Source of the DNA: Bacteroidia bacterium
GTDB taxonomy: Bacteria; Bacteroidota; Bacteroidia; B-17B0; Aurantibacillaceae
Assembly (NCBI GenBank): GCA_963422675.2
Contig: CAXVYS010000009.1
Coordinates: forward strand, 213,702 to 277,701
Length of the DNA: 64,000 bases
Reading direction: 5' to 3'
The position numbers and the translations under genes are program-made. This document shows positions 1 through 9,133 of this stretch, piece after piece (position 1 is the stretch's first letter; every line of letters begins with the position of its first letter). Under the pieces are notes generated by a model that saw nothing but the letters and a program-made list of their open reading frames with translations, was not told the DNA's origin and ran no database searches.

Positions 1-1
1 A

Positions 2-439
2 TACAGGTTAAATTATGTTTCTTCTTTAAAATTAGAAGACAGGAAAGAACGGATCTTTCCTTTATTGATGACCTCACTGTGTTATTTCGGATTGTTTTAT
101 ATGGTGTATGATTTTAATATATGGCCCGCAGTTAAATTATTTATTTTGGGTGGTGGGATCTGTATTTTTTCTGCTGCTATTATTCATCTGTGGTGGCAAA
201 TCAGTGCACATATGATTGGAGTAGGAGGGTTAATAGGGGTGTTGTTGTCTATGAGTTATTTTTTGCAACTGCCTTTGTTTACAGGCCTTTCAGTAGCTAT
301 TTTGTTAGCCGGCATTATTGGATTTTCGCGTTTGTTTTTACAGGCACATTCTCAAAGCCAGGTATATGTAGGAGTTATTTTTGGATGTTTAGTGCAATTT
401 TCCCTGTTTTTTTTAGCACAAAGCATTACATTTGTTTAG
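2..439 (+). CDS. Integral membrane protein, PAP2-like phosphoesterase superfamily; 5' end probably outside the window
   Basis: The frame is open from nt 2 into the listed ORF 65..439, so the gene likely starts upstream. It is hydrophobic throughout. ISAH and SRLFLQAHSQSQ resemble PAP2 motifs C2 (SGH) and C3 (SR-x5-H-x3-D, here Q). Confidence 0.45.
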   Translation, partial: YRLNYVSSLKLEDRKERIFPLLMTSLCYFGLFYMVYDFNIWPAVKLFILGGGICIFSAAIIHLWWQISAHMIGVGGLIGVLLSMSYFLQLPLFTGLSVAILLAGIIGFSRLFLQAHSQSQVYVGVIFGCLVQFSLFFLAQSITFV

Positions 440-451
440 AGAAACGCATTC

Positions 452-1465
452 ATGAATTTAATAACAGGAGCAACAGGATTAATAGGAGCACACGTTGCCC
501 TGGAATTATTACTTCAGAATAAACCGGTGGTTGCTATTAAAAGATCCGGTAGCGATCTTTCAAAAACCAAAAAATTATTCTCCTATTATACCTCTGATTT
601 CGAGAACCTGTATAACCGTATCAAATGGATTGATGCCGATATCACCGACATTTATTCGTTACTTGATGCGCTGGATGGGATAGATCATGTATACCATTGC
701 GCAGGCCATGTATCCTTTAATAGTAAGGATAGAAAACAGATGCACGATGTAAACGCAACGGGAACCGCTAATATTGTAAATGCCTGTATGGAGAGAAAGA
801 CGAAAGCCTTATGCCATGTAAGTTCTATTGCTACTTTACAAAATCCTGATATTACCAAAAACATCAACGAATCGGTTTACTGGAAATCATCACCACAAGC
901 CAGCGACTATGCTGTTAGTAAGTACAACGGCGAAAGAGAAGTGTGGCGTGGCATGGAAGAAGGATTACAGGCTGTGATCGTGAACCCGGGGGTTGTATTA
1001 GGTCCTGGTTTTTGGTATCAGAGTTCAGGTAAGCTCATTAGTACCTGTTATAAAGGAACTCCCTTTTATACTAACGGTTCAAGCGCTTCTGTTTCGGCAA
1101 AAGATGTGGCTGCCTGTATGGTACAATTAGTAGAAAAACAAGCATTTAATAAACGCTTTGTGTTAACCGAAAATAATTATTCCTTTAAAGAAATTTTATC
1201 GCTTGTACACCTGGCTCTTGGAAAAAAAGCACCGACCCTGGAAGCAGGAAAAGTGTTGTTAACCCTTGGTAAATGGTTGGATAGTTTAAGAAGCAAGATC
1301 ACCGGAAAAGAACAAATCATTACAAATGCCACTGTGGTAGCAGGTTTAGAGAAAAACACCTTTAGTAATACCCGTATTAAAGAAACGCTTCAGTATCAGT
1401 TTATGCCTCTGGCAGAAACCGTAAACTTTGTGTGCAAGGCCTATTTAAATGATATTAAAAACTAA
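452..1465 (+). CDS. NAD-dependent epimerase/dehydratase family protein (extended SDR)
   Basis: N-terminal Rossmann motif ITGATGLIGAHV and a YAVSK (YxxxK) catalytic pair. Length is typical of extended SDRs. Confidence 0.8.
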   Translation: MNLITGATGLIGAHVALELLLQNKPVVAIKRSGSDLSKTKKLFSYYTSDFENLYNRIKWIDADITDIYSLLDALDGIDHVYHCAGHVSFNSKDRKQMHDVNATGTANIVNACMERKTKALCHVSSIATLQNPDITKNINESVYWKSSPQASDYAVSKYNGEREVWRGMEEGLQAVIVNPGVVLGPGFWYQSSGKLISTCYKGTPFYTNGSSASVSAKDVAACMVQLVEKQAFNKRFVLTENNYSFKEILSLVHLALGKKAPTLEAGKVLLTLGKWLDSLRSKITGKEQIITNATVVAGLEKNTFSNTRIKETLQYQFMPLAETVNFVCKAYLNDIKN

Positions 1466-1467
1466 CA

Positions 1468-2703
1468 ATGTCTAAATTTTTATACTTCCTTTTTTTATCT
1501 GTAGTTGTTCTTTTATTAGGCAACACCTGTAAAACAAATCAAAAAAAAACACCCTCAGTTGCTGAAACTGCGCCGGTTGTGAAAACGCCTGTGATGAAAG
1601 CCCCTGCAACTGAAACGCCGGTAATAACCTACATTCCTGCACCAAAAGATTCGGTGGTGGATGTTACCATCAATTTAGTAGGCGATTTAATGTGCCATTT
1701 ACCGCAAACCAATAATGCTAAATTAAGCTCCGGTGACTACGATTTTTCTCCGAGTTTTGAATACGTAAAACCTTATTTGCAGGATGCAGATTTAACTATT
1801 GGTAACCTGGAAACTACTTTTGCAGGCATCAGCCAGCCTTATGCCGGTTATCCCGCCTTTAATTCACCCGATGCCTATTGTAAAGCCATTAAGGATGCCG
1901 GCTTCGACTTTTTGGTAACAGCTAATAATCATAGCATGGATACCCGTGAGGCAGGCTTATTACGAACCATTGATGTGATTAAAAAAAATAATTTAGGATA
2001 TGCAGGAACTTATCTCGATCAAAAAGATCACGATTCTATTAGAATATTAACTATTAGAGGTGTGAGGGTTGCCATTCTTAATTATACCTATGGAACCAAT
2101 GGCTCTTACCCGGCAAAAGACCATACGTATATGCTCAATGTTATTGATTCCGCTGGGATTACTAACGCTGTTAAAGCCGCTAAGCAAAAGGGAGCTGATC
2201 TTGTATTGGTATTCTATCATATGGGTTTGGAAAATGTAGTAGAACCTACCCAGTCACAAAAAGATGCGGCAAGATTTGCGATAGAAGCAGGCGCAACTCT
2301 TATAATTGGAGCACATCCGCATATGATTGGCCCAACAAAAACAATGTATTCACCTGCTATTAAAGATACGGTTTTTATAGCCTATTCGCTTGGTAATTTT
2401 TTATCCAATCAATATTGGAGATACACAGATGCTGGTGTAATTTTAAAGCTTACCATTCAAAAGAATTTTACAAAGAATGTAACTTCCTATAAGGCTGCCC
2501 ATTATACACCTACATGGGTATACAGGGGAGATGGTACAAAAAAAATGCACATCGTGTTTCCATCAGAAATGGCAATAGATACTGCCGGTCTTCCCGATTT
2601 TATCAATGCATCGCATCGACAAAAAATGTTGGAAGCATTTAACGATACCCGGCAGATAGTTACAAAATACAACCCTTACATTTTACTTAAAACTGTAAAA
2701 TAG
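1468..2703 (+). CDS. CapA family (poly-gamma-glutamate capsule synthesis-like) metallophosphatase-fold protein, secreted or lipoprotein
   Basis: Signal peptide followed by PGA_cap-like motifs VGDLMCH, GNLETT, ANNHSMD and GAHPH. It starts 3 nt after the upstream gene. Confidence 0.75.
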   Translation: MSKFLYFLFLSVVVLLLGNTCKTNQKKTPSVAETAPVVKTPVMKAPATETPVITYIPAPKDSVVDVTINLVGDLMCHLPQTNNAKLSSGDYDFSPSFEYVKPYLQDADLTIGNLETTFAGISQPYAGYPAFNSPDAYCKAIKDAGFDFLVTANNHSMDTREAGLLRTIDVIKKNNLGYAGTYLDQKDHDSIRILTIRGVRVAILNYTYGTNGSYPAKDHTYMLNVIDSAGITNAVKAAKQKGADLVLVFYHMGLENVVEPTQSQKDAARFAIEAGATLIIGAHPHMIGPTKTMYSPAIKDTVFIAYSLGNFLSNQYWRYTDAGVILKLTIQKNFTKNVTSYKAAHYTPTWVYRGDGTKKMHIVFPSEMAIDTAGLPDFINASHRQKMLEAFNDTRQIVTKYNPYILLKTVK

Positions 2704-2806
2704 CTGAAATTTTAACATTTCAAAAAAAAGATGAAAAAAATTTTGTATAACAACAGAAAGCTGTATCTTAGTATATTATAAACTGATAATTTTTTAGAAG
2801 AGATTT

Positions 2807-3424
2807 ATGCACATAGCAATTGCCGGAAATATCGGTTCAGGAAAAACAACATTAACATCATTACTGGCTAAACATTATAAATGGACCCCTCATTATGAGG
2901 ATGCTGACGATAACCCTTATTTGAACGATTTTTACGATGATATGCAGCGTTGGTCATTTAATTTACAGGTTTATTTCTTAAATTCCCGTTTTGGTCAGGT
3001 TCAGGAGATACGAAAAGGCAAGCAAAAAGTGGTTCAGGATAGGACAATTTACGAAGATGCCTATATTTTTGCACCGAATTTGCATGCTATGGGGCTAATG
3101 ACGTCCCGTGATTACGAAAACTATTTTAATTTGTTCAAATTAATGGATAGCCTTGTAAAAGCGCCTGATTTGATCATTTATTTAAGGGCTTCAGTGCCAA
3201 CATTGGTAAAACAGATACAAAAACGAGGGAGAGATTATGAAAACTCCATCCGTTTGGACTATTTAAAAAGATTGAATGAACGTTATGAAGCGTGGATCAC
3301 GACCTACGAGGGCGGGAAATTGTTAATTGTGGATATTGATGAGATCAATTTTTCTGAAAATAAGGAAGATTTGGGCAAAGTTCTAAGAATGATTGATGCA
3401 GAAGTAAACGGTTTATTTAAATAA
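2807..3424 (+). CDS. Deoxynucleoside kinase
   Basis: P-loop GNIGSGKTT, a DRTIYED motif and an RGRDYE lid region typical of the dNK/dCK/dGK family. Length is about 205 aa. Confidence 0.8.
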   Translation: MHIAIAGNIGSGKTTLTSLLAKHYKWTPHYEDADDNPYLNDFYDDMQRWSFNLQVYFLNSRFGQVQEIRKGKQKVVQDRTIYEDAYIFAPNLHAMGLMTSRDYENYFNLFKLMDSLVKAPDLIIYLRASVPTLVKQIQKRGRDYENSIRLDYLKRLNERYEAWITTYEGGKLLIVDIDEINFSENKEDLGKVLRMIDAEVNGLFK

Positions 3425-3429
3425 GATAT

Positions 3430-4005
3430 TTGAGCACAGGTCTAAATAACGAAAAAGAGTTTGTTCACGAGCAATTTGAACACTTGCTTAGCTCTTATAT
3501 GCAGGATCAAACGGTTCTATTATCTCACTATGGGGAACTGTCTCAAAGCGTTATTTCTAATTTAGAGGAAACTGTGGAGGCAAAAGTCTCTGAATTGGAA
3601 ATCCCTAAAGGGCCTCTAAAAAAAATCTTCTTTATTAGTGTTGAAACACTTCAAAATATGCTTATTCACGGGCATAAAAATAATCAGGGACACCAACATA
3701 ACTTTTTTATTCTTATCAAAAACGGGATAAAAATGAACGTGGTTTCTGCCAATTTAGTCACTAATACCTCTATTCCGGCTTTAGAAAAACAGATTAATAC
3801 TATTAATTCATTTGACGATGAAAAAGCGTTAAAAGCGTATTATTTGGAGCACCTGGAAAACAATACGATGAGTGATAAAGGTGGCGCAGGCCTTGGTTTT
3901 ATTACAATTGGCATGAAAAGCGGGAATAAACTAAAAGTTGATTTTCAAAAAATAAATGACCAATTCTCTTTATTTACACTGACCTCAAGTGTAAGTTTAA
4001 GCTAG
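3430..4005 (+). CDS. GHKL/HATPase-like small protein (SiaB-like or anti-sigma-factor-like Ser/Thr kinase fold, DUF6272-like)
   Basis: N-box-like ETLQNMLIHG and G-box-like GGAGLGFITIGMKSG. The apparent start is TTG, 5 nt after the dNK stop. No partner gene is adjacent. Confidence 0.5.
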   Translation: MSTGLNNEKEFVHEQFEHLLSSYMQDQTVLLSHYGELSQSVISNLEETVEAKVSELEIPKGPLKKIFFISVETLQNMLIHGHKNNQGHQHNFFILIKNGIKMNVVSANLVTNTSIPALEKQINTINSFDDEKALKAYYLEHLENNTMSDKGGAGLGFITIGMKSGNKLKVDFQKINDQFSLFTLTSSVSLS

Positions 4006-5163
4006 TTTTTTCACTGAAAAGGCTCCCGTTTTATTCTCAATCACATTTATTCCGGGTTTTTTATGTTTTCCTAATAAGCCCATGTTATGTTCAATCCCTA
4101 AAAATTCGGCGCCGTTAAACGTAGCGGCCTGTAATAAGAGCTGTAAAGGGAGTTCTGGCTGATGAACTATTAAGCAGTTGATCTCATCCATAACAGACAG
4201 TCCTGAGTTACTGGCCAGGCTATCTGTACCAAGCGTTAAGGTGCAATGCCGGGAGCGAAGTAATTCCACATCCGGCAAGGTATTTTCAATATAGAGGTTT
4301 GCATGCGGGCATAAGCACCAGTATAGCCTGTTATGGGTACTTTGTGCGGCAGTAATGTCTTCTTTACCTGTAAACGTATTATGAACCAGCAAAGTTTGAA
4401 CTCCTGTGTTAAAAGCAGGAATAACGGTTTGTAAACTGCTTTTTCCGGTGGCTTCAAAGTAGGAAATGGGTATGCCAATAGTATCGTAAAGTCGTATATA
4501 ATCGCCTGTTTTCTGTTCAAAAAAAAGGTTTTCAGCCTTGCTTTCCTGGTTATGCATACTGGTAGGCTTTTCCTGAGCATAACAGTTATCTGTTATTTTC
4601 CGGATTAACTCCGGTGAACTGCTATAAGGAGCGTGGGGGGCTAAAGAAGCCGATAGCTTGTTTTTTTCAAATTCAAGCAGCGTTGCTTTTCCGGTATCAA
4701 AAATGAGATCGGCCCGTTCAGGATTTAAACCAATCAATTCCACAAAAGTGTGATAATACAAGGCTGAATGTTTCTTTACTTCTACCGAGAGAGGGATGTT
4801 ACTAATGTCTCCAACGGCTACAATACCCTGCTCCTGCATCAGTTTATCGGCTTGCTGCATGCACTCCAGTTGAACTTCAACCGGAGCCGTATTTCGGTGT
4901 TTCATAATACCCAGGCCAAAATCAACAATGCCCGTATGGCGGTTAATGGTATCTTTTAAATGGCTGAGTTCTAAATGGCAATGTGTATTTATAAACCCGG
5001 GGGTCAGTATGCCATCAAAATGTTCAATCTTGGTGTTATCAATGCTTTCAGGGGATATTACGTCTTCAATGGTGCCATCCTGCTTTACCACTAAAACGGT
5101 GTTATCTTTTAAGAACTCTTTCCCCGAAAAAACCTGTGACCCTGTTATGAAACGCATTTTCAA
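3997..5163 (-). CDS. Amidohydrolase superfamily protein (chlorohydrolase or nucleoside-deaminase-like)
   Basis: Metal-binding HxH motif (FINTHCHLELSH), later HAPYS and GTDS motifs characteristic of the amidohydrolase fold. It overlaps the convergent upstream gene by 9 nt. Confidence 0.65.
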   Translation of the reverse strand: MKMRFITGSQVFSGKEFLKDNTVLVVKQDGTIEDVISPESIDNTKIEHFDGILTPGFINTHCHLELSHLKDTINRHTGIVDFGLGIMKHRNTAPVEVQLECMQQADKLMQEQGIVAVGDISNIPLSVEVKKHSALYYHTFVELIGLNPERADLIFDTGKATLLEFEKNKLSASLAPHAPYSSSPELIRKITDNCYAQEKPTSMHNQESKAENLFFEQKTGDYIRLYDTIGIPISYFEATGKSSLQTVIPAFNTGVQTLLVHNTFTGKEDITAAQSTHNRLYWCLCPHANLYIENTLPDVELLRSRHCTLTLGTDSLASNSGLSVMDEINCLIVHQPELPLQLLLQAATFNGAEFLGIEHNMGLLGKHKKPGINVIENKTGAFSVKKLA

Positions 5164-5215
5164 ATTTAATAACTATTATTTAGATGAAAGAGAAATCAAA
5201 TTGGGTATTTATGGA

Positions 5216-5223
5216 TAACTTTG
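5216..5223 (+). promoter_or_regulatory. Candidate Bacteroidota -7 box (TAACTTTG) upstream of rlmN
   Basis: Exact match to TAnnTTTG, ending 4 nt before the rlmN ATG (5228). This would imply a near-leaderless transcript. No clear -33 TTTG was seen. Confidence 0.3.
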
Positions 5224-5227
5224 TTCC

Positions 5228-6289
5228 ATGTTAACAAAAAAGGACATACGCGCTTTAAGTGAGACAGAGCTTACCGAAATTCTTAAGGAAAAAGGGGAAG
5301 CAAAATTTCGGGCGAAGCAGGTTTATGAATGGCTTTGGAAAAAGACTGCTCATAACTTTGACGATATGTCGAACCTTTCGAAACCGTTAAGAGATTGGTT
5401 AAACGAAACGTTTGTGATCAATGCCGTATCGGTAAGTGATATGCAGGTGAGTAGCGATAGAACCATTAAATGTGCCATGAAGCTTTCGGATGGTAATGTA
5501 GTGGAAAGTGTATTGATTCCTACAAAAACACGCATGACGGCTTGTATCTCTTCGCAGGTTGGTTGTAGTTTAACCTGCAAATTTTGTGCTACGGGAAAAT
5601 TAAAACGCTTACGTAATTTAAATGCAGACGAAATTTATGACCAGGTGGCATTGGTGAAAAATTTAGCTGAAACCAAATACCAACAGGCTCTTACCAATAT
5701 TGTATATATGGGTATGGGAGAGCCTTTATTGAATTACGCGGAAACCATTCGTTCGGTAGATAGAATTACATCGCCTGATGGGTTAGGAATGAGCCCAAGC
5801 CGTATTACCGTTAGTACGGCAGGCATTGCTAAAATGATTATGAAGTTGGGGGATGATAAAGTGAAATTTAATCTGGCACTTTCTTTACATGCCGCTAATG
5901 ATGAAAAGCGGAATCATATTATGCCAATCAATGAAACAAATTCTTTGGACAACTTAGAAGAAGCATTGAATTATTTTTATGAAAAAACAGGTTCGCGTGT
6001 TACGTTCGAATATATCGTCTTTAAAGATTTTAATGATGGTATTCAGGATGCGCGTGAACTAGCGGACTTCTGTAAAAGAACGACCGCCAAAGTAAATATT
6101 ATCGAATACAATCCTATTGATGATGGAGAGTTTAAACAAACAACTCCCGAACGATTAGAAGCTTTTGTAAAGCATCTGGAAAGCAGAGGCATTATTGTAA
6201 ATGTGCGACGTAGTAGAGGAAAAGACATTGATGCTGCTTGTGGCCAGTTAGTTAATAAAAATAAAACCGCTCAACCGGTTTTTAAATAA
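5228..6289 (+). CDS. rlmN: 23S rRNA (adenine2503-C2)-methyltransferase, dual-specificity radical SAM enzyme RlmN
   Basis: Radical-SAM CxxxCxxC (CSLTCKFCATG), GMGEPL, and a C-terminal conserved Cys in DAACGQL. Length is 353 aa. Confidence 0.9.
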   Translation: MLTKKDIRALSETELTEILKEKGEAKFRAKQVYEWLWKKTAHNFDDMSNLSKPLRDWLNETFVINAVSVSDMQVSSDRTIKCAMKLSDGNVVESVLIPTKTRMTACISSQVGCSLTCKFCATGKLKRLRNLNADEIYDQVALVKNLAETKYQQALTNIVYMGMGEPLLNYAETIRSVDRITSPDGLGMSPSRITVSTAGIAKMIMKLGDDKVKFNLALSLHAANDEKRNHIMPINETNSLDNLEEALNYFYEKTGSRVTFEYIVFKDFNDGIQDARELADFCKRTTAKVNIIEYNPIDDGEFKQTTPERLEAFVKHLESRGIIVNVRRSRGKDIDAACGQLVNKNKTAQPVFK

Positions 6290-6348
6290 GCAAAAACTAA
6301 AGCTTTTTTACTTCTTCATTTAATCCTATATTTACGCTACTTTTTATA

Positions 6349-7323
6349 GTGGATATTGTTGATCAAATAAAAGCCCCCATTAGCCTTCACATGGATGAGT
6401 TTGAAGTTAAGTTCAAACAATCGATGAGAACCAATGTGCCCTTATTGGATAAAATTACCACGTATATTGTAAAAAGAAAGGGCAAGCAGATTCGTCCCAT
6501 GTTTGTTTTCCTGAGTGCTAAATGTGTCGGGGAATTTAACGAAAGTACATACAGAGCCGCTTCATTAATCGAATTACTACATACAGCATCTTTGGTGCAT
6601 GATGATGTAGTGGATGATAGTAATGAACGCAGAGGTTTTTTTAGTGTAAATGCTTTATGGAAAAATAAGATCGCTGTTTTAGTGGGCGATTTTTTACTAA
6701 CAAACGGGTTATCCTTATCATTGGATCATGATGATTTTCATTTATTGAAAATTGCCAATAACGCTGTTCGCGAAATGAGTGAAGGCGAATTGTTGCAGAT
6801 TGAAAAAGCCAGAAAACTGGACATTTCAGAAGAAGTTTATTTTGATATTATTACAAAGAAAACTGCTACTTTAATTGCTGCCTGTTGCGCGGCAGGTGTA
6901 GCCTCTGTGAGTAGTGATACGGCATTAATTAATCAGTTTAAAGAATTTGGGGTTAATACAGGGATTGCTTTTCAGATAAAAGATGATTTGTTTGATTTTG
7001 GTGATGATACGGATATAGGTAAGCCTACAGGTATCGATATCAAAGAAAAGAAAATGACCCTCCCATTAATTTATGCACTAAATAATTGTACCTGGTTAGA
7101 AAAACGGAAGATCATTAATATTGTTAAGAACCATAATAACGATCCTAAAAAAGTAGCGGAAGTGATTAGTTTTGTATACGAAAAAGGAGGGATTACGTAT
7201 GCGGAAGGAGTAATGCATCAGTATAAAGAAAAAGCATTGGCATTACTAGCCGGTGTTGCTGACAGCCCTTCCAAACAAAGTTTAATACAACTCGTTAATT
7301 ATTCTATTGAAAGAAAAAAATAA
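6349..7323 (+). CDS. Polyprenyl diphosphate synthase, long-chain type (octaprenyl/solanesyl-like)
   Basis: FARM LVHDDVVDD and SARM FQIKDDLFD. Small residues (A, S) at positions -5/-4 before the FARM suggest a long-chain product. GTG start. Confidence 0.85.
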   Translation: MDIVDQIKAPISLHMDEFEVKFKQSMRTNVPLLDKITTYIVKRKGKQIRPMFVFLSAKCVGEFNESTYRAASLIELLHTASLVHDDVVDDSNERRGFFSVNALWKNKIAVLVGDFLLTNGLSLSLDHDDFHLLKIANNAVREMSEGELLQIEKARKLDISEEVYFDIITKKTATLIAACCAAGVASVSSDTALINQFKEFGVNTGIAFQIKDDLFDFGDDTDIGKPTGIDIKEKKMTLPLIYALNNCTWLEKRKIINIVKNHNNDPKKVAEVISFVYEKGGITYAEGVMHQYKEKALALLAGVADSPSKQSLIQLVNYSIERKK

Positions 7324-7331
7324 ATAGCACC

Positions 7332-7820
7332 ATGATCAAATTTATTTACATTAGTATTTCACTTATAAGCTTTAGTTTGTTATTTACACATTGTAAAAAT
7401 AATGAAAGCGAAAAAGCGGCCGCATTAAAAGCCGATTCTTTAAAGGCAGCTGAAAAAGCTTCTTCGGTTAAGCCGAACAGCGAATACCTTATTGCACCGC
7501 CCGATGCAGATTATACAGGCGATTATATTGACCGGTATAAAAACGGAATCATTAAATTTACCGGATTTTTCAGGTTTGGTAAACGCCACGGACAATGGAT
7601 GGCTTTTTATGATAACGGGATTAAATGGAGCGAATGTTATTACGATAAAGGAAAACGCCAGGGAGAATCGGTTGTGTATTTTCCGAATGGTAAAATACAA
7701 TATAAAGGCTGGTTTAAGAATGACCTGCGTGATAGCCTTTGGTTCTTTTATGATGAAACCGGTAAGGAAATTGATAAGCGTGCCTACCGCAATGATCAGG
7801 AAACCGGCCTGGTAAATTAG
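7332..7820 (+). CDS. MORN-repeat-variant (YwqK-like) secreted protein or lipoprotein
   Basis: Signal peptide ending in Cys (LLFTHC), then repeated G-x-W-x-x-Y-Y-x-N-G-type units (HGQWMAFYDNG, RQGESVVYFPNG). Confidence 0.6.
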   Translation: MIKFIYISISLISFSLLFTHCKNNESEKAAALKADSLKAAEKASSVKPNSEYLIAPPDADYTGDYIDRYKNGIIKFTGFFRFGKRHGQWMAFYDNGIKWSECYYDKGKRQGESVVYFPNGKIQYKGWFKNDLRDSLWFFYDETGKEIDKRAYRNDQETGLVN

Positions 7821-7858
7821 GCACGGTACATTACTTATATTCTTACTCAATGTAAAAA

Positions 7859-7900
7859 CAAGGTTTAATCTGGTCTTACAAAAGATCAGATTAAACCTTG
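7859..7900. terminator. Bidirectional stem-loop between convergent genes
   Basis: A perfect 14-bp stem, caaggtttaatctg / cagattaaaccttg, extendable to 17 bp with one mismatch. It lies between the MORN gene stop (7820) and the fabV stop (7906). Confidence 0.65.
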
Positions 7901-7905
7901 TAAGA

Positions 7906-9096
7906 TCAGACTAAGCCCGGAATTTCTACTTTTTCATTTGTATCGGCGGTGTAATCAATTCCTTTAACATCGAAGCCAAACAGGTTTAAAAAATCTTTTT
8001 TATAACCGGCCAGGTCGCCAATTTCCGGAAGACTCTCAGTTGTGGCTTGTTCCCATAATTCAGCAATTCTTTTTTGAACATCTGCTCTCATTTCTAAATC
8101 GTCTATACGGATTCTCCCTTTTTCGTCGGTGGCAATTTGGTTTTTAGTATAAAGCCTCTCCGAAAATAAACGTTGAATTTGTTCAATACATCCTTCATGA
8201 ATTCCTTCTTCTTTCATCACTTTATATAATAACGAAATGTATAAGGGGATTACCGGTATGGCAGAACTTGCCTGTGTAACCAATGCTTTATTTACTGAAA
8301 CAAAGGCTTTTCCATGAATGTTTTTGAGCTTATCTGAAATCGTAAAAGCAGTAGCTTCCAAATGATCTTTCGCGCAACCAATGGTTCCTTTGCGGTAAAC
8401 AGCTTCAGTTAATAGAGGTCCTATGTATGAATAAGCTACGGTCATTGCATTTTCAGCTAAAGCATCGGCTTTTAATAATTCATCTATCCACATTTCCCAA
8501 TCTTCACCACCCATTACAGCAACGGTGTTTTTAATTTCTTCCTCGTTGCAGGGGTCAATGGAAATGTTGGAAACAACTCCCGAATGAAAATCAACAGTTT
8601 TATTTGTGAAGGTTTGTCCTATAGGTTTTAAAACCGAACGATGCGTAACACCTGTTACAGGGTTTGTTCTTACAGGTGAGGCAAGGCTATAGATCACCAG
8701 GTCAATTTTACCCAGATCGGATTTAATCAGGTCGATCGTTGTTTTTTTAACTTCATTTGAAAAGGCATCCCCGTTAATACTTTTTGCATATACTCCTGCT
8801 TTTTGTGCCTGCTCCTGAAATGCCACACTGTTATACCAACCCGGAGATGCAGGCTTCCCTTCCTGAGGTGCTTTTTCGAAAAACACGCCAATGGTAGATG
8901 CGTTAGAGCCAAATGCACTCGTAATTCTGGAAGCGAGTCCAAAACCTGTAGAGGCGCCAATTACCAATACTTTTTTGGGTCCGTCGATGACCCCTTTGGA
9001 TTTTATAAAATCAATCTGGTTTAAAATGTTTTTTTCACATCCTTTTGGATGAGAGGTTAAGCAAATGAATCCACGTATTTTAGGTTCTATGATCAT
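7906..9096 (-). CDS. fabV: Enoyl-[acyl-carrier-protein] reductase FabV (trans-2-enoyl-CoA reductase family)
   Basis: Characteristic N-terminus MIIEPKIRGFICLTSHPKGC, a GASTGFG nucleotide-binding loop and a length of 396 aa, typical of FabV. Confidence 0.85.
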   Translation of the reverse strand: MIIEPKIRGFICLTSHPKGCEKNILNQIDFIKSKGVIDGPKKVLVIGASTGFGLASRITSAFGSNASTIGVFFEKAPQEGKPASPGWYNSVAFQEQAQKAGVYAKSINGDAFSNEVKKTTIDLIKSDLGKIDLVIYSLASPVRTNPVTGVTHRSVLKPIGQTFTNKTVDFHSGVVSNISIDPCNEEEIKNTVAVMGGEDWEMWIDELLKADALAENAMTVAYSYIGPLLTEAVYRKGTIGCAKDHLEATAFTISDKLKNIHGKAFVSVNKALVTQASSAIPVIPLYISLLYKVMKEEGIHEGCIEQIQRLFSERLYTKNQIATDEKGRIRIDDLEMRADVQKRIAELWEQATTESLPEIGDLAGYKKDFLNLFGFDVKGIDYTADTNEKVEIPGLV

Positions 9097-9133
9097 AAGG
9101 TATGGTTAAGTTTTATATAATTCGTTAATCGGG

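Noticed and set aside
190-522. 110-aa plus-strand ORF bridging the first two genes
   Set aside because: It is an alternative frame of the PAP2-like membrane gene and runs into the epimerase gene start. It has neither hydrophobic periodicity nor motifs.
1541-1549. A9 homopolymer in the CapA-like coding region, with a similar A9 at 44746-44754 in the TamL-like gene
   Set aside because: Poly-A runs encoding Lys-Lys-Lys are expected in an AT-rich genome. Both genes are intact and nothing indicates phase variation.
7440-7850. 136-aa minus-strand ORF and 107-aa plus-strand alternative-frame ORF overlapping the MORN-repeat gene
   Set aside because: The MORN-variant frame has a signal peptide and clear repeats. 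The overlapping ORFs have no motifs and would run across the terminator hairpin.
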